64,000 nucleotides of DNA from Burkholderiales bacterium (GCA_046160525.1 JBJXGQ010000191.1:1428-65427); one strand, 5' to 3'; shown: positions 21,300 to 32,287, counted from the first letter of the stretch. The notes: generated by a model not told the origin, from the letters alone. Numbers and translations: made by a program.

Positions 21300-22160
21300 G
21301 TGAACTGGTTTTCGCCCATGGCCGATGCGGCCCTTTACCCCTGGCTGTGCTTGGCGTTTGGGCTATGCGTTGGAAGCTTTCTGAATGTCGTGATTCACCG
21401 GCTGCCCAAGATGCTTGAGAACGAATGGCGGCAACAATGCTCGGGCCTGCTCGGCGAGAGCGCACCGGAAAGTGCCCGGTACAATTTGTGGGTTCCCCGC
21501 TCAACATGCCCAGGATGCGGGCATCAAATCCGGGCATGGGAAAACATACCTGTATTCGGCTACCTGCTCCTGCGAGGCAAGTGTTCCTCCTGCGGCAAGT
21601 CTATTGGCCTGAGATATCCGCTCATCGAATTACTCACCGGGCTCATGAGCGCCTATGCCGGTTGGCGCTATGGTGCCACCTTGATGGGCGCCGGTGTATT
21701 GCTTTTGTGCTGGGCACTCATCGCCTTGTCGTTCATCGACTTCGACACCCAGCTATTGCCTGACGATATCACCTTGCCCTTGCTGTGGGTTGGGCTGCTT
21801 GTGAACACTACAGGCACTTTTGTACCGCTTCAAGAAGCGGTAATTGGCGCCGCCGCAGGCTATCTTGCCTTGTGGTCCGTGTATTGGCTTTTCAAGCTGG
21901 TCACCGGAAAGGAAGGGATGGGCTACGGCGATTTCAAACTGCTGGCCGCCCTAGGCGCTTGGCTTGGCTGGAAGATGTTGCTGCCGGTTGTCCTGCTGTC
22001 TTCTATTTCCGGGGCGATTATCGGAATAGGACTGATCCTATTCGCCCGGCATGGCCGCAGCGTACCCATCCCCTTTGGTCCCTATCTGGTACTAGGAGGG
22101 TTAGTTGCGCTATTCTGGGGAGATTCCCTGCTTCGCGGCTACCTACCATTTCTGCTCTAA
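21300..22160 (+). CDS. pilD: prepilin peptidase / N-methyltransferase PilD (A24 family)
   Basis: 286 aa. CPGCGHQIRAWENIPVFGYLLLRGKCSSCG zinc motif and catalytic GMGYGDFKL. GTG start; an alternative ATG lies at 21318. Confidence 0.93.
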   Translation: MNWFSPMADAALYPWLCLAFGLCVGSFLNVVIHRLPKMLENEWRQQCSGLLGESAPESARYNLWVPRSTCPGCGHQIRAWENIPVFGYLLLRGKCSSCGKSIGLRYPLIELLTGLMSAYAGWRYGATLMGAGVLLLCWALIALSFIDFDTQLLPDDITLPLLWVGLLVNTTGTFVPLQEAVIGAAAGYLALWSVYWLFKLVTGKEGMGYGDFKLLAALGAWLGWKMLLPVVLLSSISGAIIGIGLILFARHGRSVPIPFGPYLVLGGLVALFWGDSLLRGYLPFLL

Positions 22161-22801
22161 CACCGCGCACCCCCTATGTAGTAGGCCTCACCGGCGGCAT
22201 CGGGTCGGGCAAAAGCGCCGCCGCACAGCGCTTTGCCGCCTTGGGCGCGACGGTGATCGACACGGACGCCATCGCCCACGAGTTAACCTCCGCGCACGGC
22301 GCAGCGATGCCTGCGCTACGGCAAACCTTTGAGCCCGAAGTGTTCCACGCCGACGGAAGCCTCAACCGAAAGGCGATGAGAGAGAAGGTTTTCGCCAATG
22401 GTGAAGCGCGCAAACGCCTCGAACTAATCCTCCACCCCCTCATTCGCGAAGAAACCGCGAGACACCTCGCGCAAGCCTCCGGAAGCTATGCCGTAGTCGT
22501 TATACCGCTGTTGGTTGAAAAAGGCGGGTACGCCAACTCGTGCCGGCGGGTTCTGGTGGTGGACTGCGCCGAAGAGACTCAAATCGCTCGTACCATGCAA
22601 CGCAGCCACTTGGACGAGGAGCAGGTGAGGGCCATCATGGCCACCCAGGCCTCCCGGCAAGCGCGGCTTGCGGCTGCTGATGACGTGATATCGAACGAAG
22701 GGACCCTGGAAGAACTTCACCGCCAAGTAGGCAGCCTGCACGAAAGCTACCTCAAGCTGGCACACATCGCCCCGGGCGCCGGTGGTCCATCGCGTAATTA
22801 G
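22148..22801 (+). CDS. coaE: dephospho-CoA kinase (start codon unresolved)
   Basis: P-loop YVVGLTGGIGSGKS at 22175-22216. The frame is open back into pilD, but no ATG/GTG/TTG lies near the P-loop. 22148 is an in-frame ATT; ATT 22112 and CTG 22115 are alternatives. Confidence 0.8.
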   Translation: MSALTPRTPYVVGLTGGIGSGKSAAAQRFAALGATVIDTDAIAHELTSAHGAAMPALRQTFEPEVFHADGSLNRKAMREKVFANGEARKRLELILHPLIREETARHLAQASGSYAVVVIPLLVEKGGYANSCRRVLVVDCAEETQIARTMQRSHLDEEQVRAIMATQASRQARLAAADDVISNEGTLEELHRQVGSLHESYLKLAHIAPGAGGPSRN

Positions 22802-22830
22802 TTTACTTTTGCTCCCGTTTTGAGGAATAC

Positions 22831-23643
22831 TTGGCGCCGTTTAAGTACCGGCACCCGCCAACCGCCTTCGTGATCTACTACGAATTCCCCCTCAGCGAAC
22901 GAGTCCGCACCTTCCTCCGTATGGAGGATCTGTATGATCGCGCGGAATTTTTTTCCGCCAAGGACGAGCCGCCCAATCACCACGCGGCCATGCAGGTGGT
23001 GTTCGAAATTCTCGATGTCGCGGGAAGAGCAGACTTGAAATCCGAGTTGATGCAGGACTTGGAGCGGCTCAAGCAAGCCCTCGCGTCGCTGCGAACAAAT
23101 CCAGCCATCTCCGAGGATGCCCTGCGCGGCTTGCTCTCGGACATCGAAGGCGCTATCGCCGGCCTGTTTCAATCCTCCGGTAAGACGGGCCAGGAGTTGC
23201 GCGAGAACGACTGGCTAATGGGAATCAAGCAACGCGCCGCCATTCCCGGCGGAGTATGCGAGTTCGACTTACCGACCTACCATTACTGGCTACACGGCAG
23301 CGCCGAGCAACGGCGCAACGATCTTCGCAGTTGGTTAACCCCCTTCCAGCCCCTGCGCGTGGGGATCAACATCGTTCTGCGCATCCTGCGCGACAGCGGC
23401 CGGGGTTCCAGCCAGATGGCAGTCCAAGGGGTTTTTCAGCAAATGATGGGCGGGCGCACCGCCCAGCTCGTTCGCATCCAAGTGGAAGACCAGTACGAGT
23501 GCGTTCCCGAAGTCAGCGCGAACAAATATGCGCTCAATATTCGCTTTACCTCTGCGACGAGCGCGACGCGTGCGAAGCTCAGTTTGACCGACGTGCCCTT
23601 CGAACTCACTTTCTGCAATTTCCCGGACGGATGGAGCCGCTAA
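22831..23643 (+). CDS. zapD: cell division protein ZapD
   Basis: 270 aa. [21 protein letters not shown] matches the ZapD N-terminus. TTG 22831 (GAGGA SD) or GTG 22870 as start. coaE-zapD-yacG context. Confidence 0.88.
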   Translation: MAPFKYRHPPTAFVIYYEFPLSERVRTFLRMEDLYDRAEFFSAKDEPPNHHAAMQVVFEILDVAGRADLKSELMQDLERLKQALASLRTNPAISEDALRGLLSDIEGAIAGLFQSSGKTGQELRENDWLMGIKQRAAIPGGVCEFDLPTYHYWLHGSAEQRRNDLRSWLTPFQPLRVGINIVLRILRDSGRGSSQMAVQGVFQQMMGGRTAQLVRIQVEDQYECVPEVSANKYALNIRFTSATSATRAKLSLTDVPFELTFCNFPDGWSR

Positions 23644-23831
23644 CGCCTAAGCCTGCGCGCACGGTAGCGTGCCCAAATTGTGGCCGGCCGGCACTGTTCG
23701 GCCCTGCCAATGCCTACCGCCCCTTTTGCTCGGAGCGTTGCCGGTTAATCGATCTCGGCCAATGGGCCACGGAGTCCTATCGTGTCCCGGCGGACCAGGA
23801 ACCGGACCCCGAAGGCACGCCCGGCAACTAG
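23631..23831 (+). CDS. yacG: DNA gyrase inhibitor YacG (zinc finger)
   Basis: 66 aa from the ATG at 23631, overlapping the zapD stop. CPNCGRP...[16 protein letters not shown]. Confidence 0.88.
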   Translation: MEPLTPKPARTVACPNCGRPALFGPANAYRPFCSERCRLIDLGQWATESYRVPADQEPDPEGTPGN

Positions 23832-24772
23832 GCGTGCCACGCCGCGCGCATCATGGCGATGCCGTGCGCGCCGTGACTCCAGGCCTCGCGCACATTCGAA
23901 GCATTCAATCCTCCCAAGGCATAGACAGGGAGCGGGTAGTCGCGAACTAGCGCGCCGAATCGCGCCCATCCCAAAGCTGGCTGGCCTGGATGGCTAAGCG
24001 TCGGTTGTACCGGCCCGAGTACGACATAGTCCAGACCTAGATGAGCGGCTTGGGCAAGTTCTTCGGCATCGTGGCAGGACGCGCCGCACCACTTCGATTC
24101 CGGGCGTTGGACCGCCTCCATCAAGCGCCGCGAGGTCAAATGTACGCCATCGGCACCCAGTTTTTGCGCAAGCTCCGCAGCGCCATTGACAACCACAAGC
24201 GCGCCAGATTGCCGGCAGCGGTTCAATACATCGCGGCCGTATGCCAGTAGGAACTCTTCCGTCCAGGTGTTCTCGCGCAGCATGACGAAACGCAAGCCCG
24301 CCGAAAGAGACTGGTGAAGGCGTTCGCCAAACGCGGCGGCACCTAACTGCGTTGCCTGAGAAATTCCCAGTAGAGAAGGCAATTCCAGGGCACGCATCAC
24401 CGGCCCGTTGGCGGGCAACATGGGTGCCACCCCCGGCGCACCGCTTTGCTGCCAAGTAATTTGCTGGAATTCCCGGCACACGAAATCCCCGCGCCAGCGC
24501 GTAATGCGAAAAAACCGTAGCCGCACGGTGGCGTGCTCGTAGCGATGGGTACGCGTTATCCAAGGATAGTATTCGAGGGGCTCGATGCCGAGCTCTTCTT
24601 CCAGTTCGCGCACCAAGGCATGGGCCGCGCTCTCGCCCGCCTCCACCTTGCCTCCCGGAAATTCCCAATATCCGGCGTAGGGTTTGCCTTGCGGCCGTTG
24701 CGCCACGAGGAAGCTGCCATCCTCGCGAAGAAAGACCCCCGCGGAGACTTCCGTAACTGGCCGTTCGCTCAA
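23828..24772 (-). CDS. Nudix (MutT-like) hydrolase fused to a TenI/ThiE-like domain
   Basis: Nudix box [25 protein letters not shown]-terminal half (GADGVHL...YVVLGPV...PVYALGGL) is TMP-TENI-like. TTG start at 24772 forms a TTGA overlap with the upstream stop; the track's 24856 start would overlap 88 nt. Confidence 0.85.
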   Translation of the reverse strand: MSERPVTEVSAGVFLREDGSFLVAQRPQGKPYAGYWEFPGGKVEAGESAAHALVRELEEELGIEPLEYYPWITRTHRYEHATVRLRFFRITRWRGDFVCREFQQITWQQSGAPGVAPMLPANGPVMRALELPSLLGISQATQLGAAAFGERLHQSLSAGLRFVMLRENTWTEEFLLAYGRDVLNRCRQSGALVVVNGAAELAQKLGADGVHLTSRRLMEAVQRPESKWCGASCHDAEELAQAAHLGLDYVVLGPVQPTLSHPGQPALGWARFGALVRDYPLPVYALGGLNASNVREAWSHGAHGIAMMRAAWHA

Positions 24773-25638
24773 GGTCTCGCGCCGTGCCGTCCTGCCCAAT
24801 CTCGCGCGAAATGCCAAGCCACTCGCCCGCTGCGCGAACCGCGCATGAGCGCCCACTGCAAGGCTTCAAGCCGAACTTGCGCGCTTTCCGCATCAGCCAC
24901 GCCCAGCCGCCTCAGCCAGTGGTGCACGATGTCCAGGTACTCTTCCTGGTCAAAAGGATAGAAGGAAACCCACAACCCGAATCGCTCCGACAGCGAAACC
25001 TTCTCCTCCACCGTCTCCGATGGGTGAATTTCGTCGCCCACGTAACGGGTCTCCAAATTCTCCCGCATGTACTCCGGCATGAGATGGCGCCGGTTAGAAG
25101 TGGCATAGAGCAGCACGTTCTCAGGCGTGGCCGCCACCGAGCCGTCCAGCACCGCCTTGAGCGCCTTGTAGCTGGGCTCATCTGCCTCGAAGGACAGGTC
25201 GTCGCTGAACAAAATGAAACGATAGGGCTGGCGTACCAGGATCTCGATGATGTCCGCCAAATCGAGCAAGTCGTTTTTCTCCACTTCGACCAAACGCAAA
25301 CCGCGCGGCGCGAATTCGTTCAGCACGGCCTTGACCAAGGAGGACTTGCCCGTACCGCGCGCACCAGTGAGCAACACGTTATTGGCAGGGCGCCCCTCCA
25401 CGAATTGCAAGGAGTTGCGAGCGACCAGTTCGGCCTGCCTGTCAACGCCCTTGAGATCGTCCAGGCGTATGCCGTGCGGTACGCTCACCGCTTCAAGGCC
25501 GCCACGCATCCCGCGCTTGCGCCAGCGAAATGCGATGGACGCCGCGAAATCCAGCGGCGCTTGCACCGGAGGAAGCAGGGGTTCCATCCGGTCCAAGAGC
25601 GAGTCCAACCTCGCGATGAAGGAATCCAGATTACTCAT
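24769..25638 (-). CDS. DUF815-family AAA+ ATPase
   Basis: 289 aa. Walker A LLTGARGTGKSS and Walker B-like FILFSDDLSF. N-terminal coiled segment. Confidence 0.8.
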   Translation of the reverse strand: MSNLDSFIARLDSLLDRMEPLLPPVQAPLDFAASIAFRWRKRGMRGGLEAVSVPHGIRLDDLKGVDRQAELVARNSLQFVEGRPANNVLLTGARGTGKSSLVKAVLNEFAPRGLRLVEVEKNDLLDLADIIEILVRQPYRFILFSDDLSFEADEPSYKALKAVLDGSVAATPENVLLYATSNRRHLMPEYMRENLETRYVGDEIHPSETVEEKVSLSERFGLWVSFYPFDQEEYLDIVHHWLRRLGVADAESAQVRLEALQWALMRGSRSGRVAWHFARDWAGRHGARP

Positions 25639-25654
25639 GGGATTTAAGCGCGGA

Positions 25655-26881
25655 TTACGTCCGGTATTCCGCGTTTATGGTGACGTATTCGTGCGAGAAA
25701 TCGCAAGTCCATACCTGGGCACTTGCGTCTCCGCGATGTAACACCACGCGCACTACGATTTCATCTTGGCGCATGACACGCTGGCCATCTTCTTCCCGGT
25801 AGCCGGCGTCGCGCCCGCCCTTCGAAGCGACTCGCACATCGTCCAAATAGACTTCCAGCTTGGTAACGTCGAGATCCTCGATGCCCGCATTGCCGATGGC
25901 CGCCAAGATCCTTCCCAAGTTTGGGTCGGAGGCGAAGAAAGCCGTCTTCACCAGCGGAGAGTGCGCGATCGCAAATCCAATGCGCTTGCATTCCTCGCGG
26001 GTACGCCCGCCTTGCACGTCAAGGGTGATGAACTTGGTGGCACCCTCTCCATCGCGTGCCATTGCCTGGGCAAGTTCCACGCACACTTCCGTGAGAGCCT
26101 GCGTAAAGGTGGCAAAGGCAGCACCTTCCCTACGTTCGATGTTCACGGCGCTCTTTCCCGTCGCCATGAGAATAAAGGAATCGTTGGTGGAAGTATCTCC
26201 ATCCACCGTCACGCAGTTGAACGATTTCTCGCAGGCCTCGTGCAAGGCGTGCTCCAAGCACGCCTTCGATAATCCCGCGTCGGTGGCCACAAAGGCCAGC
26301 ATGGTGGCCATGTTCGGATGAATCATCCCCGAGCCCTTGGAGATGCCGGTGATGCTCACGTTGTGCCCATCGATTTGAAGGCGGCGAGAAGCGGCCTTGG
26401 GAATCGTGTCGGTGGTCATGATGGCTTGCGCCGCGCCCGGCCAATCGTTCCCATCTAAATTTGCGATAGCAGCGGGTAATCCCGCGATGATGCGTTGCGC
26501 CGGTAGCGGCTCCAATATCACTCCCGTGGAGAAGGGCAAAATCTGCTCGGGATCCGTTCGAAGTTGCAATGCCAGGGCGTTGCAAACCTCGCGCGCCCGG
26601 GCGATACCATCTTCCCCCGTGGCGGCATTGGCATTGCCTGTGTTGATGACCAACGCCCGGATACCTCGTACCGTCGCCAAGTGCTGCTTGGCGAGAACCA
26701 CGGGCGCGGCGCAAAAGCGGTTGCGCGTGAACATGCCGCCCACTTCGCTTCCCTCGGTGAGTTCGATCACCAGCAGGTCCTTGCGGTTTGCCTTGCGCAC
26801 GCCCGCCTCGGCCACGCCGAGCCGCACGCCTTCTATGGGGTAAAGCGTTTTCTCGCTGGGAGGAAGAAGATTGACGGCCAT
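25655..26881 (-). CDS. argJ: bifunctional glutamate N-acetyltransferase / amino-acid acetyltransferase
   Basis: 408 aa. Autoproteolytic site [15 protein letters not shown] and [13 protein letters not shown]. Confidence 0.96.
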   Translation of the reverse strand: MAVNLLPPSEKTLYPIEGVRLGVAEAGVRKANRKDLLVIELTEGSEVGGMFTRNRFCAAPVVLAKQHLATVRGIRALVINTGNANAATGEDGIARAREVCNALALQLRTDPEQILPFSTGVILEPLPAQRIIAGLPAAIANLDGNDWPGAAQAIMTTDTIPKAASRRLQIDGHNVSITGISKGSGMIHPNMATMLAFVATDAGLSKACLEHALHEACEKSFNCVTVDGDTSTNDSFILMATGKSAVNIERREGAAFATFTQALTEVCVELAQAMARDGEGATKFITLDVQGGRTREECKRIGFAIAHSPLVKTAFFASDPNLGRILAAIGNAGIEDLDVTKLEVYLDDVRVASKGGRDAGYREEDGQRVMRQDEIVVRVVLHRGDASAQVWTCDFSHEYVTINAEYRT

Positions 26882-26891
26882 GGAAAATTAC

Positions 26892-29648
26892 TCAAGCGAG
26901 TTTGCCATGGCATTGCTTGTATTTCTTGCCCGAACCACAGGGACAAGGATCGTTACGGCCCACCTTGCCGCCGCCTCGTACAAAGGGCTGGGGCTTGCGC
27001 TCCTCCGACGGCACCTCGGGACGCGATTCATCTTCACCTTCCTCTTCGGCCTCAGCGAAATCGGCGTGTTGGTAACGCACGTTGGTCAGCTCGACGGGTT
27101 CCTCCACCGCCTCCACGTCTTCCTGGCTACGGATTTGCACGGTGACCAGCACTTTCGTGACTTCGTTGCGCACGGCGTCCAGCATGGCGGAGAATAGCTC
27201 GAAGGCTTCGCGCTTGTACTCTTGCTTCGGATTTTTCTGGGCATAACCGCGCAGATGAATGCCTTGGCGTAGATGATCCAGCGCGGATAGGTGTTCGCGC
27301 CAATTGCTGTCCAAGGTCTGCAACATGACACTGCGCTCGAACTGGTGCAACCCTTCGGCGGGAACAGTCTCCATGCGGGTGCGGTAATGGGCGTGCCCCG
27401 CTTCGATGACCTTGGCCCGCAAAGACTCTTCATCGAGACTTTCGTCATCCTTCAACCATTGCTGGACGGGTAGGTCCAGCAAAAATTCCCCGGCCATGGT
27501 TTTCTCCAATCCCGCGATGTTCCATTGCTCCTCGACGGAACCCGGCGGTACGAATTCGTTGATGGCGTCGTTGAGGGTCCCTTCGCGCATGGCCACGATG
27601 GCCTCGGTGATGTCGCTGCTCTCGAGCAATTCATTGCGCTGCTGGTAGATGACGCGGCGCTGGTCGTTGGCTACGTCATCGTATTCCAGCAGTTGTTTGC
27701 GGATATCGAAGTTGCGCGCCTCCACCTTGCGCTGCGCATTCTCGATGGCGCGCGTGACCCAGGGATGCTCGATCGCCTCTCCTTCGGGCATCTTAAGTTT
27801 GTCCATGATCATGCGCACGCGGTCCCCGGCGAAGATGCGCAGTAACTGGTCGTCCAAGGACAAATAAAAGCGGCTCGATCCGGGGTCGCCCTGGCGCCCT
27901 GAGCGGCCGCGCAATTGGTTGTCGATGCGACGCGATTCGTGGCGCTCGGTGCCGACGATGTGCAGGCCGCCGGAGGCCACCACTTGGTTATGCAACACCT
28001 GCCAGTTCTCGCGTACCTGGCGAGTCTTGGTTTCCTTGTCCGTATCGGACAGGTTCGCGTCCAGGCGAATCGTGTCGATTTCAGGTTCCGGATTCCCTCC
28101 GAGCACGATGTCCGTTCCGCGGCCCGCCATGTTGGTGGCGATGGTGATCATCTTGGGCCGGCCCGCCTGGGCGATGACTTGCGCTTCGCTCGCGTGCTGT
28201 TTGGCGTTCAATACCTGGTGCGGCAGTTTCTCCGACGCCAAGAATGCCGACAGTTCTTCGGAGTTCTCGATGGATGTCGTCCCCACCAGGACGGGCTGCC
28301 CAGTTTCGTAGCAATTCTTGACGTCGGCTAGTATGGCTTGCAGCTTCTCCTGCTTGGTCTTGTAGACCTGGTCCATACGGTCTTCGCGCACCATGGGCAT
28401 GTGCGGCGGAATGACCACGGTTTCGAGGTTGTAGATTTGCTGAAACTCGAAGGCTTCCGTATCCGCGGTACCGGTCATGCCGGCCAACTTCTTGTACATG
28501 CGGAAAAAGTTCTGGAACGTGATGGACGCCAGCGTTTGGTTCTCGCGCTGAATGCGTACCCCCTCCTTGGCCTCCACTGCTTGGTGCAAACCTTCCGACC
28601 AGCGCCGTCCGGGCATCAGGCGCCCTGTGAACTCATCGACGATGATCACTTCGTTGTTCTGCACAACGTAGTGAGTGTCACGGCTGTAAAGCGAGTGTGC
28701 GCGCAGTGCTGCGTAAAGATGATGCACCAAGGTGATGTTGGACGCATCGTAAAGGCTGGTGCCTTCGGCCAGCAGCCCCGCTTTCTCCATCAACTCTTCG
28801 GCGCGCTCGTGCCCAGCCTCCGTGAGCAGCACCTGATGGGCTTTCTCGTCCACGCTGAAATCGCCGGGGCCGTTCTCCTCCGCCTGCTTGCTGAGTTTGG
28901 GTACCAGCGCATTGATCTTTAGGTACAGCTCGGTGGTGTCCTCCGCCTGGCCGGAAATGATGAGGGGCGTGCGCGCCTCGTCGATCAAGATGGAATCCAC
29001 TTCGTCCACGATGGCATAGTTCAGCCGGCGCTGGCTGCGGTCGGCCGTCTGGTAAACCATGTTGTCGCGCAGGTAGTCGAAACCGAATTCGTTATTGGTG
29101 CCGTAGGTGATATCCGAGGCGTAAGCCTTGCGCTTGGCTTCCTGGCGCTCCTCGTGGGAGAGTTCGTGGAAGGGCAGGTTCACGCCCACGCTTAACCCCA
29201 AAAATTCGTACACGCGCCCCATCCAGGCGGAATCCCGCGCCGCCAGATAATCGTTCACCGTCACCACATGCACACCCTCTTGCGCGATGGCATTGAGGTA
29301 CGCGGGCAAAGTGGCGACCAAGGTCTTGCCCTCGCCGGTTTTCATCTCCGCGATTCTTCCGTCATGCAACACCATGCCACCGATCAACTGCATGTCGAAA
29401 TGGCGCATGTTGAGCACGCGCTTGGCGGCCTCGCGCACGACGGCGAAAGCCTCGGGTAGGAGCTGCTCGATGGTTTCGCCTTTTTGATACCGCTCGCGAA
29501 ACTCCTGGGTTTTTGCGCGCAATTGCTCGCCGGTGAGCGACTGCACCGCCGGTTCCAGCGCATTGATGGTGCGCACCGTATGCGAGTAGCGTTTGACCAG
29601 CCGCTCGTTACGGCTACCGAATACTTTTTTTAGCAGCGAGACAATCAT
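26892..29648 (-). CDS. secA: preprotein translocase ATPase SecA
   Basis: Starts [21 protein letters not shown] at the ATG at 29648; the track adds 7 codons. DEAD-like motor and C-terminal zinc motif [14 protein letters not shown]. Confidence 0.98.
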   Translation of the reverse strand: MIVSLLKKVFGSRNERLVKRYSHTVRTINALEPAVQSLTGEQLRAKTQEFRERYQKGETIEQLLPEAFAVVREAAKRVLNMRHFDMQLIGGMVLHDGRIAEMKTGEGKTLVATLPAYLNAIAQEGVHVVTVNDYLAARDSAWMGRVYEFLGLSVGVNLPFHELSHEERQEAKRKAYASDITYGTNNEFGFDYLRDNMVYQTADRSQRRLNYAIVDEVDSILIDEARTPLIISGQAEDTTELYLKINALVPKLSKQAEENGPGDFSVDEKAHQVLLTEAGHERAEELMEKAGLLAEGTSLYDASNITLVHHLYAALRAHSLYSRDTHYVVQNNEVIIVDEFTGRLMPGRRWSEGLHQAVEAKEGVRIQRENQTLASITFQNFFRMYKKLAGMTGTADTEAFEFQQIYNLETVVIPPHMPMVREDRMDQVYKTKQEKLQAILADVKNCYETGQPVLVGTTSIENSEELSAFLASEKLPHQVLNAKQHASEAQVIAQAGRPKMITIATNMAGRGTDIVLGGNPEPEIDTIRLDANLSDTDKETKTRQVRENWQVLHNQVVASGGLHIVGTERHESRRIDNQLRGRSGRQGDPGSSRFYLSLDDQLLRIFAGDRVRMIMDKLKMPEGEAIEHPWVTRAIENAQRKVEARNFDIRKQLLEYDDVANDQRRVIYQQRNELLESSDITEAIVAMREGTLNDAINEFVPPGSVEEQWNIAGLEKTMAGEFLLDLPVQQWLKDDESLDEESLRAKVIEAGHAHYRTRMETVPAEGLHQFERSVMLQTLDSNWREHLSALDHLRQGIHLRGYAQKNPKQEYKREAFELFSAMLDAVRNEVTKVLVTVQIRSQEDVEAVEEPVELTNVRYQHADFAEAEEEGEDESRPEVPSEERKPQPFVRGGGKVGRNDPCPCGSGKKYKQCHGKLA

Positions 29649-29719
29649 GCAATTATTCCAAGCGGGCAAATTTTCGAATTCGATTCTGGCACACGCTAGG
29701 GTGCCGGGGACGGCCGCCT

Positions 29720-29764
29720 CGAAAACAGCGAGGGGCGAGGGACCTTGCGATCCCCCGCCCCTCG
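29720..29764 (-). terminator. candidate terminator after the M23 peptidase gene
   Basis: Minus strand reads CGAGGGGCG-N18-CGCCCCTCG followed by CTGTTTTC. Confidence 0.45.
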
Positions 29765-29781
29765 CGCGATGTACATCCCGG

Positions 29782-30699
29782 CTAACTGGGCGGCTTCAGA
29801 AAGCGCAATGGATTGAGCGCCAAGCCCCTCTGCCGGACCTCGAAATGCAGATGAGGACCCGTGGATCTGCCGGTACTACCCACCTCGGCAATCTTGCTTC
29901 CTGGTACCACCACGTCGCCAACCTTCACCAGCAAACGCGAAGAGTGCGCGTACCGCGTGATAAGGCCGTTACCATGATCAATCTCGACCATCTTACCATA
30001 GTGAGGATGTTGGTCGGCGAAAACCACCGCGCCGCCAGCCGCTGCCAATATGACAGTGCCCTCTTTTGCCATGAAGTCAATCCCTTCATGGAACGTGTTG
30101 TGACCAGTGAAGGGATCGATGCGCCAGCCGAAGTTTGACGAGTAGAAACCGCCAGGCAGCGGTCTGGCGGAGGGAACGAATTGCTTCTGCGCGCTGGAAC
30201 GGGTATAGGCCACATCGAGTAGCCCCATGCGATCGGATTGTTGCTCCAGAGATTGCGACAATTCATCTATCTTGCGTTTCAAATCTCCCATGCTCACCGC
30301 GCCGCCACCCGCGCCGGGATCCGCGCCGCCTTGGCCAGGAGGGCGGTCAAATTGGAACTCCTGCGGTTTCATTCCAGCCGCCTTGGACAAGCGCTCTCCC
30401 ACGGTATTGAGGCGCAGTATGTGGGCTTGCAATTCGCCCAACTTCACGGCCATGGAATTTAGGCTATCCCTCACATAGGTTTGCGCACGCTGGGTTTCGT
30501 GGGCTTGGGCTTCCCGCACCATTTCCTGGAGCAGCGGATTGCGGTCGTCGACGGCATGCCGAAGCACAAAATAGTAGGCCGCTCCGAACAGTGCGGCGCC
30601 CAGAAGGGCAACCGCGATTCCGATCATCGCGACCTGCCCAAGGGAAAGGGTGAGGGTGCGAGACCTGGAGAACCGGTTGGAGACTAGAATAATATTCAT
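29782..30699 (-). CDS. M23 family metallopeptidase (membrane-anchored, coiled-coil)
   Basis: FHEGIDF and GPHLHFEV zinc-ligand motifs, N-terminal TM helix. ATG 30699 preferred (GGGGGAA SD); the track start is 30726. Confidence 0.9.
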   Translation of the reverse strand: MNIILVSNRFSRSRTLTLSLGQVAMIGIAVALLGAALFGAAYYFVLRHAVDDRNPLLQEMVREAQAHETQRAQTYVRDSLNSMAVKLGELQAHILRLNTVGERLSKAAGMKPQEFQFDRPPGQGGADPGAGGGAVSMGDLKRKIDELSQSLEQQSDRMGLLDVAYTRSSAQKQFVPSARPLPGGFYSSNFGWRIDPFTGHNTFHEGIDFMAKEGTVILAAAGGAVVFADQHPHYGKMVEIDHGNGLITRYAHSSRLLVKVGDVVVPGSKIAEVGSTGRSTGPHLHFEVRQRGLALNPLRFLKPPS

Positions 30700-30718
30700 T
30701 GTTCCCCCAATCGAGTAG

Positions 30719-31147
30719 TTGAACATGGGTCCATTACGATCTATCGGTCATATGCTGGATTCCTTGACCGCCACCGGCTCAGCGATGGAGCGGGTACGAA
30801 CACTCATTGCGTTGCAAAATCTCTACGGGAGATTTGTCGCGCCGGAGCTCGCCGCGCGCAGCCGGGTGTCCCATGAACAAGGGAGCACCCTTTTTATTCA
30901 GGCCGACACGGCGGCCGTGGCGGCCAAGCTGCGCAACCTCGCACCCAGGATATTGCAAGAACTACGAATGCGGTGGCCGAACCTTACTGGAATCCAGATA
31001 GGCATGCAACCGACCCCCCCCCGCCCCGCCGCAATACGAACCCCGGCTGCCCTGAGCGAATCGAGCCGCACTGAATTACAACACTTGAGCGCGACCCTTC
31101 CCGAAGGGGACCTCAGGCGTGCCGTGGCCCGGTTGAGCCGGCGTTAG
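30719..31147 (+). CDS. DUF721 domain protein (DciA family)
   Basis: 142 aa. Conserved position between the secA/M23 genes and lpxC. GSTLFIQADTAAVAAKLRNLAPRILQEL is typical of the DUF721 core. Start is TTG 30719 or ATG 30725. Confidence 0.65.
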   Translation: MNMGPLRSIGHMLDSLTATGSAMERVRTLIALQNLYGRFVAPELAARSRVSHEQGSTLFIQADTAAVAAKLRNLAPRILQELRMRWPNLTGIQIGMQPTPPRPAAIRTPAALSESSRTELQHLSATLPEGDLRRAVARLSRR

Positions 31148-31149
31148 CC

Positions 31150-31335
31150 TCACAAAACTATCCGCTCTACCGTAAGCAAAGCGAGGGCGATCAGTATCAG
31201 GATGACGCTGTATTTTGCGATCTGCCAGGCAAATCGCAGGTAGGCCCTGTTTTGGGTAAAAAAGTACGTAACCACCGAAGCGGCAATAGCGGCCAGCACC
31301 AGAAATCCTAGGAGTCTGAGTACGACAGCACTCAT
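31150..31335 (-). CDS. hypothetical small membrane protein (2 predicted TM helices)
   Basis: 61 aa. Two hydrophobic spans (LRLLGFLVLAAIAASVVTYFF; YSVILILIALALLTV). Starts 13 nt after the lpxC stop on the same strand. No clear SD. Confidence 0.4.
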   Translation of the reverse strand: MSAVVLRLLGFLVLAAIAASVVTYFFTQNRAYLRFAWQIAKYSVILILIALALLTVERIVL

Positions 31336-31348
31336 GCCCGGGAACCAG

Positions 31349-32260
31349 CTAAGCGAACTGGCTTTGCAGGGCTACGTACGACGGCGCCTGCTTGTCTTCC
31401 TCGAAGCTCACGTACTCCCAGGCGGAACGAGTCTCCAATAGCGCGCGCAGCAGCTTATTATTCAGGGCATGGCCGGACTTGTGGGCGCTAAAGGCGCCAA
31501 TGATGGGGTGCCCCAGCAGATACAAATCACCGATGGCATCCAAGACCTTGTGCTTGACGAACTCATCGTCGTAGCGCAGCCCGTCCAGATTCAGGATGCG
31601 GTAATCGTCCATGACCACGGCATTATCCAGGCTCCCGCCCAAACCTAGACCTTGGGCGCGCATGGTCTCCACGTCCTGCATGAAACCAAAGGTGCGTGCC
31701 CTGGCGATGTCCTTGATGTAGGAAGTGGTCGAGAAATCAACGCTTATGCGTTGCTTGGATGGCTGGAATACCGGATGGGAGAAGGCGATGCTGAACTCCA
31801 TCTTGAAGCCTTCATAGGGGTCGAAGCGCACCCACTTGTCGCCTTCCTTGACCTCCACGCGCCGCAGCACACGGATAAATTTCTTGGGCGCCGGCTGCTC
31901 CTCGATACCCGCCGATTGGATCAGGAAAATGAAAGGTCCGGCGCTACCATCCATGATGGGCACTTCGGCCGCCGTGAGATCCACGTAGGCGTTATCGATC
32001 CCCAGGCCAGACAGGGCGGACATCAGGTGTTCGATCGTCGCGACCTTCACCCCGGAGGCCTCGATGCAGGTGGACAAGCGCGTGTCGCCCACGCGGTAAG
32101 CGTCGGCGCGCAAGTCCGCCTGGTGGGCCAGATCCACCCGCCTGAAGACGATTCCCGAATCGGCGGGAGCGGGTCTGAGCGTCATGAGCACCTTCGCTCC
32201 GCTGTGCAGCCCCACGCCGGTCGCTTTCACCACGTTCTTGAACGTACGCTGCTTGATCAT
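31349..32260 (-). CDS. lpxC: UDP-3-O-acyl-N-acetylglucosamine deacetylase
   Basis: 303 aa. [30 protein letters not shown] and [12 protein letters not shown]. Confidence 0.97.
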   Translation of the reverse strand: MIKQRTFKNVVKATGVGLHSGAKVLMTLRPAPADSGIVFRRVDLAHQADLRADAYRVGDTRLSTCIEASGVKVATIEHLMSALSGLGIDNAYVDLTAAEVPIMDGSAGPFIFLIQSAGIEEQPAPKKFIRVLRRVEVKEGDKWVRFDPYEGFKMEFSIAFSHPVFQPSKQRISVDFSTTSYIKDIARARTFGFMQDVETMRAQGLGLGGSLDNAVVMDDYRILNLDGLRYDDEFVKHKVLDAIGDLYLLGHPIIGAFSAHKSGHALNNKLLRALLETRSAWEYVSFEEDKQAPSYVALQSQFA

Positions 32261-32287
32261 CGCGTTCGAGGTTCCTCTAGCAGTACT

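Noticed and set aside
21785-22147. N-terminal 120 codons of the 338-aa track ORF that ends as coaE
   Set aside because: This part is an alternate frame of pilD (Arg/Trp/Cys-rich). Only the portion from about 22148 onward is CoaE-like. The ORF is long simply because no stop occurs in that frame.
23994-24893. 299-aa minus-strand ORF overlapping the Nudix-TenI gene in another frame
   Set aside because: It has Arg/Gly-rich junk composition, whereas the other frame carries the Nudix box and TenI motifs.
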